Origin: Lama guanicoe | Taxonomy: Eukaryota | Direction of reading: 5' to 3' | Assembly: GCA_013239625.1 (NCBI GenBank) | Contig: MU053994.1 | Coordinates: forward strand, 2,237,589 to 2,301,588 | DNA length: 64,000 nt | Shown: piece after piece, positions 39,795-52,760 of the stretch | Layout: the number at the start of each line of letters is the position of its first letter | Numbering within the stretch: the stretch's first letter is position 1 | Notes under the pieces: model-generated | What the model was told of the DNA's origin: nothing | Seen by the model: the letters and a program-made list of their open reading frames with translations, nothing else | Databases searched by the model: none | Translations under genes and position numbers: made by a program

Positions 39795-40107
39795 ACCCCC
39801 GCCCCAACACCCTGCCCTGTCTGTCTTTGCTGGTTCCCCTTCCCTGGAATGGGTGGCCAGGGTCGTACCACCCCGCAGAAGGGAACTATGAATTCCATCC
39901 CCTTAATTCCTTTCCCAGCTCTCTCGTAGCCGGAACACCTAAATGCTTTCTGCAACAAGCTCTCTAAATGATTGGAACTTTCTCCCAAATCAGCACTTTT
40001 TCATGCTACATTAGCATTTATTGGTTTGATATTTACATTTGGCAGCGGAGCACCCAGTCCCTGGGTCCCTGGGAGCACACACCGTCCACAGGTGCAGACC
40101 CGCCCCA

Positions 40108-40152
40108 NNNNNNNNNNNNNNNNNNNNNNNNNNNNNNNNNNNNNNNNNNNNN
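40108..40152. other. Assembly gap (45 N) followed by A20
   Basis: N run, then poly-A at 40153-40172. Confidence 1.
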
Positions 40153-40949
40153 AAAAAAAAAAAAAAAAAAAACTCAGAAGGATTATCTTTACAGACCAAA
40201 AGGTCTGCTGATAAACAGGGGCCCTGCCCAGAGGAGAGGGGGCGCCCCAAACCAAAGGGCTGGCAGGGACTATCTGAATTTGTACTGCAGTAGTGTATAC
40301 ATGCTAGCTTCCCCGTGGGATCTTAACCTTCCTGAAGGCAGAGATCTGTTTTCGTTCTTTGAATTTCTCCAGATTCCTCTCCAGGGCGAAGAACCAAGCT
40401 CTGCCACCCCTAGGTTCTAAAGGAACATTTGGCTACTGTGGAATTAATCAGAAGTCGCGCCCTCCCTCTGACAGCTGCCGTGGGGGAGGGTGGATGAATG
40501 ATCCAAGGTACAAGAGGGCAACGGGGGGCGGGCTGGGGGGACCACGTGGTAAAGAAGGGAAGTTCTCCCTTCTCCCTTTCAAACGCCCCTACAGATCTGG
40601 CCGAGGAGCCCAGCCCTGCGAGGTTGTGGTGGAGGCAGGAAGCTGTGTGGTAATGTGGTCAGAGCTCAGCAAACCGGGCTCCAAAAGCCAGCGCTGTTAT
40701 GTAACCGGTGTGGGCCTCAGTTTCCTCTTTGGTAAAATTGGAATGATGGCAGTTCCTCCCCTCACGGGCTGGTTGTGGGGATTCAGGGAGATCAGGAGTG
40801 TTAAGGGCACATCGTGGGTTTAGGAGACGGCGGTTCCTAGGATTTTATTCAGACCTGTGGCAGTAAGTGGACGTCGTTAACTACTCAAAGGTGTATTTCT
40901 GCTGTGCCCTGGGGTTTTCAAAGGGCAGTCTTCCCAGCAGCCCCAGAGC

Positions 40950-41103
40950 CTTGCTACTCAGAGGGCCCATGGACCAGCAGCAGCATCACCTGAGAGGCTG
41001 TTAGGAAGGCAGATCCTACGCTGCTCCCCGGACCTGCCGAATTAGCATTCATATTTTAAAATCCCCCAGGTGAATCATGCACACCAAAGTTTGAGAAGCC
41101 CTT
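40950..41103 (+). mobile_element. MER5A-like MITE
   Basis: ggaccagcagcagcatcacctgagaggctgttag...ccccaggtgaatcatgcacaccaaagtttgagaagc. Confidence 0.7.
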
Positions 41104-42797
41104 TAGAAACTCCCGTGAAATCTACAATGTGGCAATGACTATTCCCCATTTTGAGGATGAGAAAACTTGCTCAGAGTCAGAGAACTGATGCCTTCTTGTG
41201 CCTAAGCTCATGAGCTCTCTGGAAGAGGCCTGTGACTCCTGTGTGTCCTGGATCCCTTTCCCTACCCACAGCTGTTCCTTGAAGGACCAGCAGACTCCAG
41301 GGCAGGGTGGAGATGAGCGGGGCCAGGGGGCCGGGGGCTCATCTGCAGCCCCGTTGCCACAAAGGGGACCAGGATGGCCTCACCATGTGGAGTCCACCTG
41401 GAGGCGGCTGGGGTCTTGGCCCCTGGGGCTTGAGTTGGGATGACAAAGAGGCCAGAATTAAAAAATGTCGTCTCAATAGATGCAAGCATGCTTGTGTTAA
41501 AATGAAATTTTCAAAAAGTGAAAATGCTTGACTCTCATGCAAATATAAAATGACCACATGTCAAAGATTTGATTTAACGCATTCATTAATGAGGGAACCT
41601 CTAAGATGTTAAAAACGGTTATTGTGAGAATGCGAGGAGCTCGGTATTTATAGACAATTGAATAGAAGAATGTTAGGGTGAGATAGCTAGGTTAGAAATT
41701 ATTTGCATCTCTACCAGACAAAAATCTGAAAGTTAACCAACCTCTGCCGCCGTGGGATTGTAAAATAGCCCAGTCAATAGGAAATCAATCAAAGGTGCCA
41801 GCCCTGCACTGTGCTGAAAGAACACCCAGTAATCTCTTTCGCCTATTTCCAGTTTGGGATAATTTTTTCTGACACTACCCTCGGTTAGTCCTTGAGAATC
41901 CGGAAATTGCTCTTGCCTGAGAATTACCCTCAGAATGGAATGTGGGTCTTGGAAGGAAAGGAGGAATAAAAGATGAGCAAGCCCGTCTTCTAAAAGATGG
42001 GGTGTGTGCTTTCCCAGCCACCTTCCCTCTGTCCTGCTGAGCACCACGCCACAGCGCTCAGAGGGCGTGAGCTGGCATCGTGCAGGGAAAAAAGACTGTT
42101 CTCAGAAAGGACACGGCGCAGCCTGCTCCTGCCTCCCATTCTCTTTAACCTTGGCCACGGCGCAGAGGGGGATGATGTATCTGCAAACATCTGCAGCCTT
42201 GTCCAAAATATTTTCCCCTCCTGTACAGTTTTTGCCAATATTGTTAATCTGTGGGTTGACTTCAGACCAAAATAAATCTCCCAGCCCTGGCCACCAGCTA
42301 GCTAATTTTACTTTGTAACCAGGGAATAGAAAGTACGGGCCCTCGGCCGACCATTCTGTGTTTATTTTGCTTTCTCTCTGCTGCAGTTTAAAAATCACAG
42401 TTGGAAAAGTGGGCCCTCTGTGCATAAGAACAGCCGCCGAGAGAAGTAACAACAAAGACGGACGGGTTGAAAAAGGCAAGTTCTTCCGATCGCCCTCCAC
42501 ATTCGTCTCTCATCTCAGGACTCTGATCGTCCCCACTGGCCTTTTCCATGAGGTCTAGAGTTGTAAAATGTGCCAAAAAGCAGAAGGATACATGGTCCTT
42601 CGGGGAGGATTTTCTTAGGCACTGGGTCTGTTCTGTCACTCTTGTCGGGTTTTTCCTACCTAAGAGAGTTTGACTCTAGGTTCTCCTGGACCAGTTCTTG
42701 AGGAAGCAGGTGGGTAGAACATGAACATGTCAGCCATAGAAGGGACCGTGGAGGGCATCTTGTCCCGTCCAGCCCTGCCAGCTGAAAGGCAGGATGA

Positions 42798-43020
42798 CCT
42801 AGTGGTTGAGAGCACAGATTTGGAGTCAGATAGCCTCGGTGTGAATTAGTTCTCCATCCTTACTAGCTGCGTGACTTTGGACAAGTTTACTAAACCCTGC
42901 ATCAGTTTCCTCATCTGTAAAGTGGGGATAGGAGTCACCATACCTACCTCAGATGATTGTAGTGGGGAGGAAATGAATTGACATATATAAAGCATCATGA
43001 ATTGTGCAAAGCATACAGTC
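42798..43020 (+). mobile_element. MIR SINE
   Basis: tggagtcagatagcct...cagtttcctcatctgtaaagtgggg. Confidence 0.75.
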
Positions 43021-43979
43021 TGCATTTGACGGGAGACAGACATGAGGCTCAGAGAGGAGAAGCAACCTCCCCGAGGTCACTCAGGGAGTTGCCAGAACGA
43101 GCTGGACTGGGTGAAAAAGAGGAGAGGTTACTGCCTCTTGGAAATTCTGACTAATAACTGTGTCTTTGCCTGGGTTACATCATCTTCGCTCAGCACTTGG
43201 AAAGAGCCCTAACGTGGAAGTCAGGGCGGCACTTCTAGTCCGGGCGCGCTGCTGACTGACGGTGGCCCTACTGGTCATTAGTTTGGGGCTGGATGGTCTC
43301 TGGAGGTTCCTGTTGGTATGAACATCTTATAATTCGAAATTAAGGTCTGTACCTTCCACTCAAGTCTGTCTTTTTGTGCAACTCTCTTTTTACTGCTTTA
43401 CTTTTCTCCCTTATTTCCCTCTGACATTTTGCCCAGCCGTATCCTGTGGGCATCAATATCCGGTTTCCCTTTGGCTCTCCCACCCTGTCCCTCCCCACAT
43501 TGGTCCCTCTCCCCTCCCCCGCCACTGGGGCAATCATGGGCTTCCACTGGCCCACACCTGAGCCCTCAGCTGCCATGTTTAAGTTGATTACACACTGTTT
43601 TGTAGGTGCCTTGAAAGTAGGGACTTGATTTCTTATCATGACCCACCTCAAGAACCTAATCCAATGTCCTTGGCACAGTGGCTTATCCATTATGGTTTGT
43701 TGATTGGCTCTATAATGAGTTGGGATAATGGATGAAATCTTTTACTATCAAGACTCCCTCTGGTACAGCTGCATAGATATCCTTTGTTCGAGAGGAAGCT
43801 AGTATTATCAAACTTCAAAGCTTGATAAAAAAAGGTATTTTAGAGCAATTAAAAATTCAAAGATGAAAATTTCAGGCTGAACACAGGAATGTTAAGATAC
43901 TTCCTTTGCTGCCTTTCTTTCTCAGGGACCCTATCCCACACCCCCTTTCCTTAAAATACAAGCCTGAGTCAAATGTTCT

Positions 43980-44011
43980 GTTGCCACCTATTGGTGAAGT
44001 GAGGCATTGCA
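43980..44011 (-). promoter_or_regulatory. Candidate CTCF site (core plus upstream ZF9-11 motif)
   Basis: Minus strand TGCAATGCC-tcact-TCACCAATAGGTGGCAAC. Confidence 0.55.
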
Positions 44012-44417
44012 GCCCAGCTCTAGGAGATACTGTAAATGCCTGTAGAACCGTGGGGACTGAAATGCTGGGTGATGAGATTGTAGAGTCAGGCGTGGCCCAG
44101 AGAATTAGCTTTCAGATTAGGTTGATCCTGAGGGAAGGGTGAAGGCTAATAGCAGAGGGGGATCCTGGAGTAAAAGGAGACAATACTGAGCACTCCCAAG
44201 GGCTGTAGAGGAAAAGTAACCAGTTATTTGAAGACACTAGGCTCTGTAATACCTAATTCTGCTAGCGTGTATGTAACAAGGCCCCACGTACCACTGGGCT
44301 GACCACCAGTGTAATCCTGCCGCTCTCAAACCTTTGCCCTTAGTCAAAGTTGTTGGTGCCCAATGTTAAACTACACTGAGGAGCAAAGAAAAATGAGGTT
44401 TTCTTATATAGTTGGGA

Positions 44418-44989
44418 TGGGTGGCATTTTTAAAAGGTGGCTGCAACAATATCGCACATGTTCTTCTGCAGTGTGACCAGTCCCTCCCCCATCAAGGAGG
44501 GAGGTCTGTCTCGCTACCCCTTTGAACCCAGGTAGGTCCTATGACTGCTCTGATGGAGCAAGGCGAACGTGATGCTGTGTGATTTTTCAGGACTAGGTCA
44601 CGAAAAGCCTTGAAGCTTCCATCTGAACTTACTAGAATGCTCACTCTGGGGACACTCCCTCTTGGAACCTAGGCACCATGCTGCGAGAAGGCCAAACTAC
44701 GTGGACAGGCCGCCTCTAAGGCACTCCAATTGAAACCCCAGTTAAGTTCCCAGCCAACAGCCAACATTAACTGCCAGCCCCATGTGTGTGCCATTTTGGA
44801 CGTCCCGCTGGGTTAAGCCTTCAGAGGACTCCAGCCCCAGCCAACACCTGACTGCAACCACGTGAGAACCCAGAGTAAAAAACACCCCCAGCTAAGCCCA
44901 GTCAACTCACAGAACTGTGAGAGATAATAGTAAGTTGTACTAAAGCCACTAGGTTTGGGGGCACCATGTGGCAATAGGTAACAAGGACA
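44418..44989 (+). mobile_element. MLT1H-like LTR
   Basis: aaagccttgaagcttccatctg...cagtcaactcacagaactgtgaga...taaagccactaggtttgggg. Confidence 0.7.
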
Positions 44990-45359
44990 GTAGCAACTTT
45001 GGTTATACACCTAAACCGTAGGGTGACACGTAATTCGGTATAGTTTTAAAATCCTGGATTCAGCTTTCGGGCCATGAGTCCCTAACATCATAAAGCAGTA
45101 CTATTTCAGTTCGTATCTGCTGCCTCTGATCAAAACACTATCTTGCACTTCCTGAGAGAGACGGCACTTCCTGACAGGTGTCCCCTTGCGTCCTCATCTG
45201 TGTGACTGTGGAGTTCAGTGTCTCTCACACATTCCAGCATGGCCCTTGGTGCCTGATTTGCAGGCCACGAGATTGAACCCATGCTCTTGTCTCCAGAAGG
45301 TTTTGTGGGTGGGACAGTGTCATATACAGCAAGAATCCACCCACACATTTTCTTTGAAT

Positions 45360-46625
45360 CAACCTCAGTGATGGATAACATACAGACGATAGAATGGACC
45401 CATTTTAAGTGTACAGATTGATGAGATTTGACAAACGTAACCCATGTTACCACCTACCGCGTAACCACCATCATAAAGTCTAGAACATTTTCATCACCCT
45501 GGAGTTTCCTTGTGCCCCCTTCACAGTCAAGCCCCTCCTCCCACCCCCAGCCCCAGGTAAGCACTGATTTGCTTTGCCATTAAAGATCAATTTTCGTCTT
45601 TTCTGGGATTACATATAAATGGAATCATACAGGATGCACTCTCATGTGACTGTGTAATAGTTTGTTCAGCATAATATTTTTGAGGTTCATCCATGTTATT
45701 GTGTGAAACTATAGTTAATTCCTTTTTATTGCTGAGTAGTACATTGCTGTCTGGATATATCGCCATCTGTCTATTTATTCTTCTTTTGATGGACATTTGG
45801 GTCATTTATACTTGGGGCTATTATGAAGGAAAGTGCTATGAATGTTTATCTACAAGGATTTGTGGTCATATGTTTTTATTTTTCCTGTGTAAATATCTAA
45901 GGGTACTAATGCAGGGTTAAATGATAAGTGTATATTTATCGGAAACTGACACTGTGTTACATGCCCACCAGCAAAGTATGAGAGTTCTGGTTGCTCCATA
46001 TTCTTATCAGCACTCAACATTGTCAGTCTTTTGTAGCATCCTTGGTGAGTGCAATGGCCACAGGTTTTTTTAACTGTCTCTTCCATTAGGATGTGAGCAT
46101 GGACTTGCTTTTTCACTGAGACATCCCCTGGCACCTGGAATGGTGCCAGCACCTGGAACAGTCCCCAGCACCTGGAACAGCATGTGATATTTATTTTTGG
46201 AGTGAACGAGTTCATGTTTCCCTGGGCTTTCCTTAAGATCGATTTCGGTAGGGGGTATTGAGCAAAGAGGATTTATGCACTTACAGTTGTGAAAGATATT
46301 GCCAAATTGCTTTACAAAAAAATGCTGAACCAATTTACCCTCCCACCAACACGAACTGTTGTCAGTTTAAATTTTTCTGCTGGTGGAACAGGTTAAACAT
46401 GGTATTTCATTTTGGCTATAATTTTCTATTACTCTTATCACTGGGTGAAATTGAGCATCTTCTCATATGTTTATGGGCCTTGTATGCTGCTTCATCTGTG
46501 ATTTGTGATCCTATATTTTGCCTTTCTTGCTTATTTTTTAGTGGACTATTTTTTCCTAATTTATAGAAACTCTTTGCTTATAGATGGAAACAGTTTGCCT
46601 GCTGTGTATGTTGCAAACATTTTGT
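45360..46625 (-). mobile_element. Old L1 (L1MC/ME) fragments with a short L2 piece (about 46090-46210)
   Basis: cccattttaagtgtacag...aaatggaatcataca...gatggacatttgggt...cccaccagcaaagtatgagagtt. Confidence 0.7.
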
Positions 46626-47496
46626 GGAGTGACAAGCAGGGTTCAATGACGACTCCTAGAACCCTTCTCTTGTTGCCTGCTCAGGCTGAGGACCCCCACA
46701 TTCCCCCTAGTGGGAGTGGCTGTGACGGAAACTAAGTCTGCATTGGGCTGAGGGCTCCCCTTCCTCCAGCATGCTTGCCTCCAAATCTTGACTGTCCCCT
46801 ATGTGTAAAGCCTCTCCAACTTATAAAATTAAAAGGTAGCATCCAGTGTGGGGAGGGGCAGGGTCCCCTCCTGGATCAGAGTCCATCGCGCATGCCACAT
46901 CCAGAGCCCCTGCTCCTTTCCGTGGGCTGATGAGAGCACAGGGTTGGTGTATCTCATACTCTGTGACCTTCTCTGCTCTCTTGCAAGCGCTCACTGGTCC
47001 TTGCTAGTTATATTGGTCAAAGTCCAGTTGAGAATATGGGAAGTACTCTAGGTGTTTGGAGCAGATGGAACTTAATGCATAAAATTGTTTACACATGTGA
47101 TGGAAGACAGAGATGCCAAGCAGAAAGGGAGGCAACTTAGAGATAAGCAAGTCCAGGAAACCTCAGTTGCCCCTAAAGCTGGAGGGGTGAGGGGAAGAGC
47201 TGGGTCACTGGAGCCTGGAAGTGGGGTCAGCGGAGCCCAGAAGTGGACTCAGCAGGCAGAAACCGGAGCTTTAGTGGTTCTGTCCTCTGGGTTCTGCAGC
47301 CACAGAGGTGCTCCAGCTGCTGAGGCAGAGAGCAAGGAGGAGAAATACCCTGGCTTCTCCCTTCCTCCTGTCCTCCAGGCTCCTTCCGGTGCCTTCCATA
47401 GGTGCCAGGAAACAGGCAGACGAAACCAGGCAGAGGAAGGGAAGAGGGATGGATCTGAGGACATGATGCCTGGGACTGGCACATTGGTGTCAGGCA

Positions 47497-47995
47497 TGTG
47501 GCAGATTTTATTTTCCAAAAATAGCCGTAGCCATATTTCTGGTCCTCCATAGTTTTCTAGAACCATGACTCTCCCATCTACCGGTGGAGTCTGAGTCCCC
47601 CTCCTTCATCCCAGGTAGGACCTTGTACTTGCTGCCATGAGTTGTTCTCTGTCTCACGGAAGGGATACTAATTGACTTTGGAGGCGGGGTCATCAAAGGC
47701 AATACCACTTCCACCTGGGATACTCTCCCTTGGAACCCAGCTGCCGTGCTGTGAGCGAGTCCAAACCAACCCAAGCGGAGAGTCCACATGGAGAGGCTCA
47801 TGGGGAGAGACACGGAGGCCCCAGACCTCAGCCTCTGAGTCCTCCACCTGAGGGCCCAGACATCACGGAGCAGAGACAAGCTGTCCCTACTGTCTGCATT
47901 CCTGACCTGCAGAATCTGTGAGCATAATTATTATTTTTTTAAATGCCACTAAGTCTTGGGAAAATTTGTTACACAGTTTATCTCATAACTGGGAC
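47497..47995 (+). mobile_element. MLT1F/G-like LTR
   Basis: tgtggcagattttattttccaaaaa...cagagacaagctgtccct...gccactaagtcttggg. Confidence 0.7.
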
Positions 47996-50699
47996 GGCAG
48001 CGGGTGGGGCGGGGAGCGGCAGGAGGTGCGTAGGTACAGATTTGGGGCTCAAGGCACTATCTGTCTCCTCTCACATCTTGTGTTTTGTGGCTGAATCCTA
48101 ACCAATAATTGGAATTGGTTTGAGAGTTTGAATTGGTCTCCCTCTCCTGCAAATGCTTGTAAGTTTGTTTCGGGACCTATTCCCTTGAAAAAATTCATTA
48201 ATTCACTGTACACATATTTATTGAGTGCCTAAACTGTGCTAGGCAATGCATAGATGCTTGAAAAAATAGGAACAGTTCCTAACTTCAGCCAGAAAGCAAA
48301 TCACCTTATAAGTAAACACATAATTACCAATTGAGATAAACGCTCTGGAGGAAAAATGTGAGACGCTGAGAGAGTGTAATAGAGGATTTAGATTTTGTTT
48401 GTGCCATTGGCAAAGGCTCTCTCAGGAAGTGAGATTTCTCTCTTTCTCTCTCTCCCTCTCTCCCCTTCTCTCTCTCCTCACCGCGACCACCATCTTCTCC
48501 CCTTTGCTTTCTGAAGCTTACGACTTATTTATTCCAAGCCATGAAAGCTTTTATAATATACTTTTCAAAGTTAGCAAAACAATATTTCCTACTGAAAACG
48601 ATCATCGGACACACATGTATTAAAAAGTGTTTACTCACAAGAAACCAGAAATTGTTGGGGTTTTTTTGCTAGGTGACACATGAAAACTAGGGATTCCCTT
48701 CCCCAAAGAGTGCCCAGACGTGCCAACAGACTGAATCTGCCATCCAGTTTTAGGAGAGTGACTCTTAGTCCCCAGAAGCCGGGGACCCCAGGCTGGCTGG
48801 TACGTGTAAGCAGGGCTCAGCTTTCACGTTTTCTCCAGACGCCCAAGTGCGGGGGAGATGGCTCCAGGGAAAGAGAAGAGGCGGGGCAGCAGGGGGACAG
48901 GGGAGCTGCACCTGGGAAGCCCGGGGAGCCAGGACTGAGTTGCAGGCTGGGGCGAGAATGAGGAGCAGCTCAGGTCCTTGTCCCGGTAACCGTGCCGTGC
49001 CCCATGTCTGTCACTGCAAGGAAAGATGGGCTGAAATGGCCACTTCCAGCAGGCTCCAGAGGAAAAGGGGCAGGTCAGACCATTCGCAAAGCTTTTGATT
49101 TCCCTATGACTGGGGAAGGGGTGTTCCTCCAGAGATGGGGCTGGGGTCTTTCCATCTGCTGCCTTTCCGCAGGCTGTCCTGCCAGTGGGTGGCATCTGTC
49201 TGGTCCATCGGCACTAAGCTCACTCACAGCCTCTCCTACCTGTAGTTTTCTGTGAGCTTGAGAGCAGACATTGGTGCGTTACTCCACCTCCTCCACCGTG
49301 AGTGGTACCTACGCCGCGGCTGCCACCTGCGTCCACACAGCCTGGTTCATCAGCTCCAGAAAATGCTCACTGGGTGTCCCTTGCAGCGGCCAAGATGGTC
49401 ATTAAACAACACGCAGCCAGACCTCAGAGCCGCAGCCCTGCTTCACAGTCCTGTGAGGAACACCCAGGGCTCCCACAGCAGACGGGAAGATATGGGTGCG
49501 GGACCTTGGGTCTTGGCTGCCTTGATGGTGCCGCTCAAGTCCACCTCCCGGGCCTCACGGCTGGCTCACTCCATCCAGGTTGGCTTCCCGCTCTGATTAT
49601 TCCCTCCCCCAAGATACGGCAGCCAGACTCACAGATGAGTGATCATTGTGGACATGCCTACCCCTAATTTTGTTGGGGGCCAGGACAGGAGTACACACAG
49701 AGGCCCACGTTCCATATCTGTAAATATTTAAACATAAAAATCAAGCTTACCAGCCATTACATAAAGTATGTTGATGAATGTAACTTCACAGTGATGTGAA
49801 AGGCCAGGTGCAAGTTTAGAATTCTTGGATTCCGCAGCATTTTGCACTGGAGCACAGCTGGTTCCCGGCCCCCCTCTGCGGGTCCCCTTCCCACCTGTGG
49901 AGCTCGATCCTGCACTGGGGGAGGCCTGGTGCGCGGACATGCTCGCCCTCCAGCCCACCTGCTCCAGTGCTGTCCACTTTGTGCCCTCCCCCAAACTCCC
50001 CCAGCAAACAGCCACCCCTTGGCCACCTAAGGATGTGAACAGACAGTGATGTGTGCTCTTGAGAGGACCGACAAGGGGAAGAGGTCTGGGCAGTCCCTGG
50101 TAGTGAACTTAGGGCTGTCTGGCAGCAAATTCTGGGGTCCCAGGATCCCAGAGTGTATCCAGAGGGAAGAGACTCCAGGTGGGTGTCCCTTTGGTCCTGT
50201 GAATGCCTTGCCTTGTGGGCAGAGGTGTGGCTAGAGCAGGGCCCTCTAGAGCATGGAACCCAGGCCAGGGGTCTTGATTGCCCAATTCTAAGGGTACTTC
50301 TTATTCTAGAGAGTGGACCAAATCTTGCTTGGTGGAATTGCTTTGTGTCCTTTGAGCTGTTACTCACTTCCTTTTCTTTCTTCCTGTGCAACTCCTAGGA
50401 AACTTCATTTGGGCTGTTCACCTGCCTGACCCCCATCCTTCTAAGGGTGATGTTTGAAATATTTCACTGCCTATAGGACAGGCAATGACCAGCCACAGCA
50501 GATGCTTACCCATTGCTGAACTGGGGTACTTTGGGTCTTCTGCTGGGCTAGGCACTGACCTGTCTGTTGCCAGGTCATAGGGAGATAGAGGAGGGAACAG
50601 GGCCACAAGGAGGGACATTGGGGTGAGGCTTAGGGAAGGGGCTGTTTATCCCCAGCTTTGTTGGAAGTGAAGAGGTGGCTCATAATATGTAACGGCAAG

Positions 50700-50992
50700 T
50701 AATTTCACTGGGAGGAGTCCCCTTTGTCTCTTGCTCTTCTCCTTCTTCCTAAACCTCTCCTGCTTGCAATGATGATGGCTGAAGCTCAAGCAGCCATTTT
50801 GTGACCTTGAGGATGGAAGCCTCATGCTAAAGAAAGTAAAACAGAAATATAGAAGGAGCCTGGGACCCTGATGACTGTCGAGTTGTCATACCAGCCTTGG
50901 ACTGCCCACCGCTGGCCTCTTTTTGATGAGAGAGGATAAACTTCAAATTTGTATAAACCTCTGTAGTTAGATCTGTTATTAGCATTTAAATT
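50700..50992 (+). mobile_element. MLT1J/K-like LTR 3' part
   Basis: gcagccattttgtgaccttgaggatggaagc...gaaggagcctgggaccctgatgac. Confidence 0.6.
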
Positions 50993-51959
50993 TGATTGCT
51001 GACTCATTTCAGTTCCGGTTCTCAAGGCCGGTGTCTCCAGGGTCAGGAATGTGGACAGAAAAGGGATCTTCATTTGGCATGTGCCTTCCATGGGCTAGAG
51101 GTGTTTTGTCAGCTAATCCTTAAAACCATTCTGGCTCCTAGCATTACTTTCCTCACTTTGACAGCTGAGAAAACTGGTCTGAGAGGTTAGGTGGCTTGAC
51201 TGGTGGCAGAAATGGGGCCACGGCCTGGATCTTCCTGCTCGCCTCTGGGGACAGTACCTGGAAGGTCCTCCAAGGCTAGGCATTGTTGGCTTGGACTGAG
51301 GCCTTTGCAGATCCCACAGCACCTCAAGGGCAGCCAGGCAGGTTCCTGCCTGTCCAGAAAAGTGGGATGTGTATGTGTATGTTTGTGTCAGAAAAGAGCC
51401 TTTAAAAATCTCCTATCTTTCCCTGTTCTTATCCTTGAGAGAAAAGCCCAGAAAAAAATCTCAGCAGGGCTGTGGGATAGAGGGTAGGGAGAAGCTGTGA
51501 GGCAGGTAGCAGACAGCCTTCTGCTCTCCCAGTTTGGTGAAGGGAAAATCCCCGGGTAGAGGGGGAACAGAGAAGGAGCCATGTCTGAGGTGGGGGCCTC
51601 GGAGGAGCCCGCCAAGGGGCTGGGGCTCCCACAGGCTTGAAGGTCGCCGTGTCCTCTGCAGCAGGAGGACCATTCTCAGATGCAGCTTTATTGTCCCAAA
51701 GGTCATTAGTGGATGCTGGTGGAGCATCACCTGGAGGCTGGTCCTCGCCCCTTCTTGGACCTCTCTGCCCGACACTTCTGTTCCTAGTACATTTTGAAGG
51801 GATAGAGAATTGTCCAGAAGCCTGAAGCCCTCACCTTCCTGCAGCTCTGCATGAGTTCTACATGACCTGTTTGTCTCTCTCGGGGCCAGAGGCTCTCCCC
51901 ACTCCTCCCCTCCATCTGCCCGGGGCCTTGCAGAGGTGCAGCAGCCTCTGATGGCCCCC

Positions 51960-52760
51960 AGAGAGAGCCTGCCCTCGGCAAAACGGCTGCCCGAGCACTG
52001 GAGGAAGAGCCGGCCACCGCAGGGCCTCCCCGGGGCGGGGAGGTTGCGGTTGTGGCCTCCCCTCGCCTGGCCGCCTCTCACAGCGCCTCCCTGTCCCTGA
52101 CTCTCGTCGGAAAACGTGACCTACCAGGCCCTCCTGACAAGCCCCTGACGCGCCTCCCCCTTCGCGGGCTCCCAGGCGGAGGAGATGGAAAACAGACCCT
52201 TCTGAATGTTTAACTTCAGCGGAGATGATAATAACTTTCCCATGGACGCAACTGTATCCTTCCCCTGTGTTCCTGCGGGGATCCCGAGCTCCAGACGGTT
52301 CTCATTTGCAGCTCGTTCCTGAGGAGGCCTCATTTCCTCGCCACACACCCCTGATGTGGTCGGGGTCTCCCTCCCACAGCCCGGCCGGGCCGGGGGCGGG
52401 GGCGCGGGCGTCCCTGAGCTTTCCCCTCACGGCTGCCCGCCCCTCTTTGCCTGCCTGGCCTCCCCAGACCCCTCTCCTGGCCTCTGCCCTTCCCCTCACC
52501 CCCACCCGCCCAGTGCCTCAGACCTTTAAGTCCCCGCTCCCCACGCCCAGGGGCTGTGGTAACCAGCCCAGATCCTCAGACCTTTAAGTCCCCGCTCCCC
52601 ACGCCCAGGGGCTGTGGTCAGGGCTGGGCTGTTCCCCAGGCAGATGTGCCCCTTCGAGAAGCTTCTCCCACTCAGCTTGGTAGTTGTTGAATGACTGCAG
52701 GGGGTCACCGCGAGCGCTGTATCCTGTGCGAATGGCGCCTCCTGGAGTTAAAGACTCCAG
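51960..52760. promoter_or_regulatory. CpG/GC-rich island-like segment with GC boxes
   Basis: Dense CpGs and gggggcgggggcgcggg at about 52392-52409. No repeat recognised. Confidence 0.5.
52504..52619 (+). repeat. 58-bp tandem duplication with a perfect 45-bp core
   Basis: cctcagacctttaagtccccgctccccacgcccaggggctgtggt at 52516-52560 and 52574-52618. Confidence 0.95.

Noticed and set aside
49816..52081. Longest ORFs (191 aa at 49816-50391 and 206 aa at 51461-52081)
   Set aside because: No recognisable domain, composition typical of GC-rich non-coding DNA, and overlapping ORFs in several frames.
52504..52619. CRISPR-like repeat-spacer
   Set aside because: Only two units in mammalian DNA, the spacer resembles the flank (a tandem duplication), and there are no cas genes.
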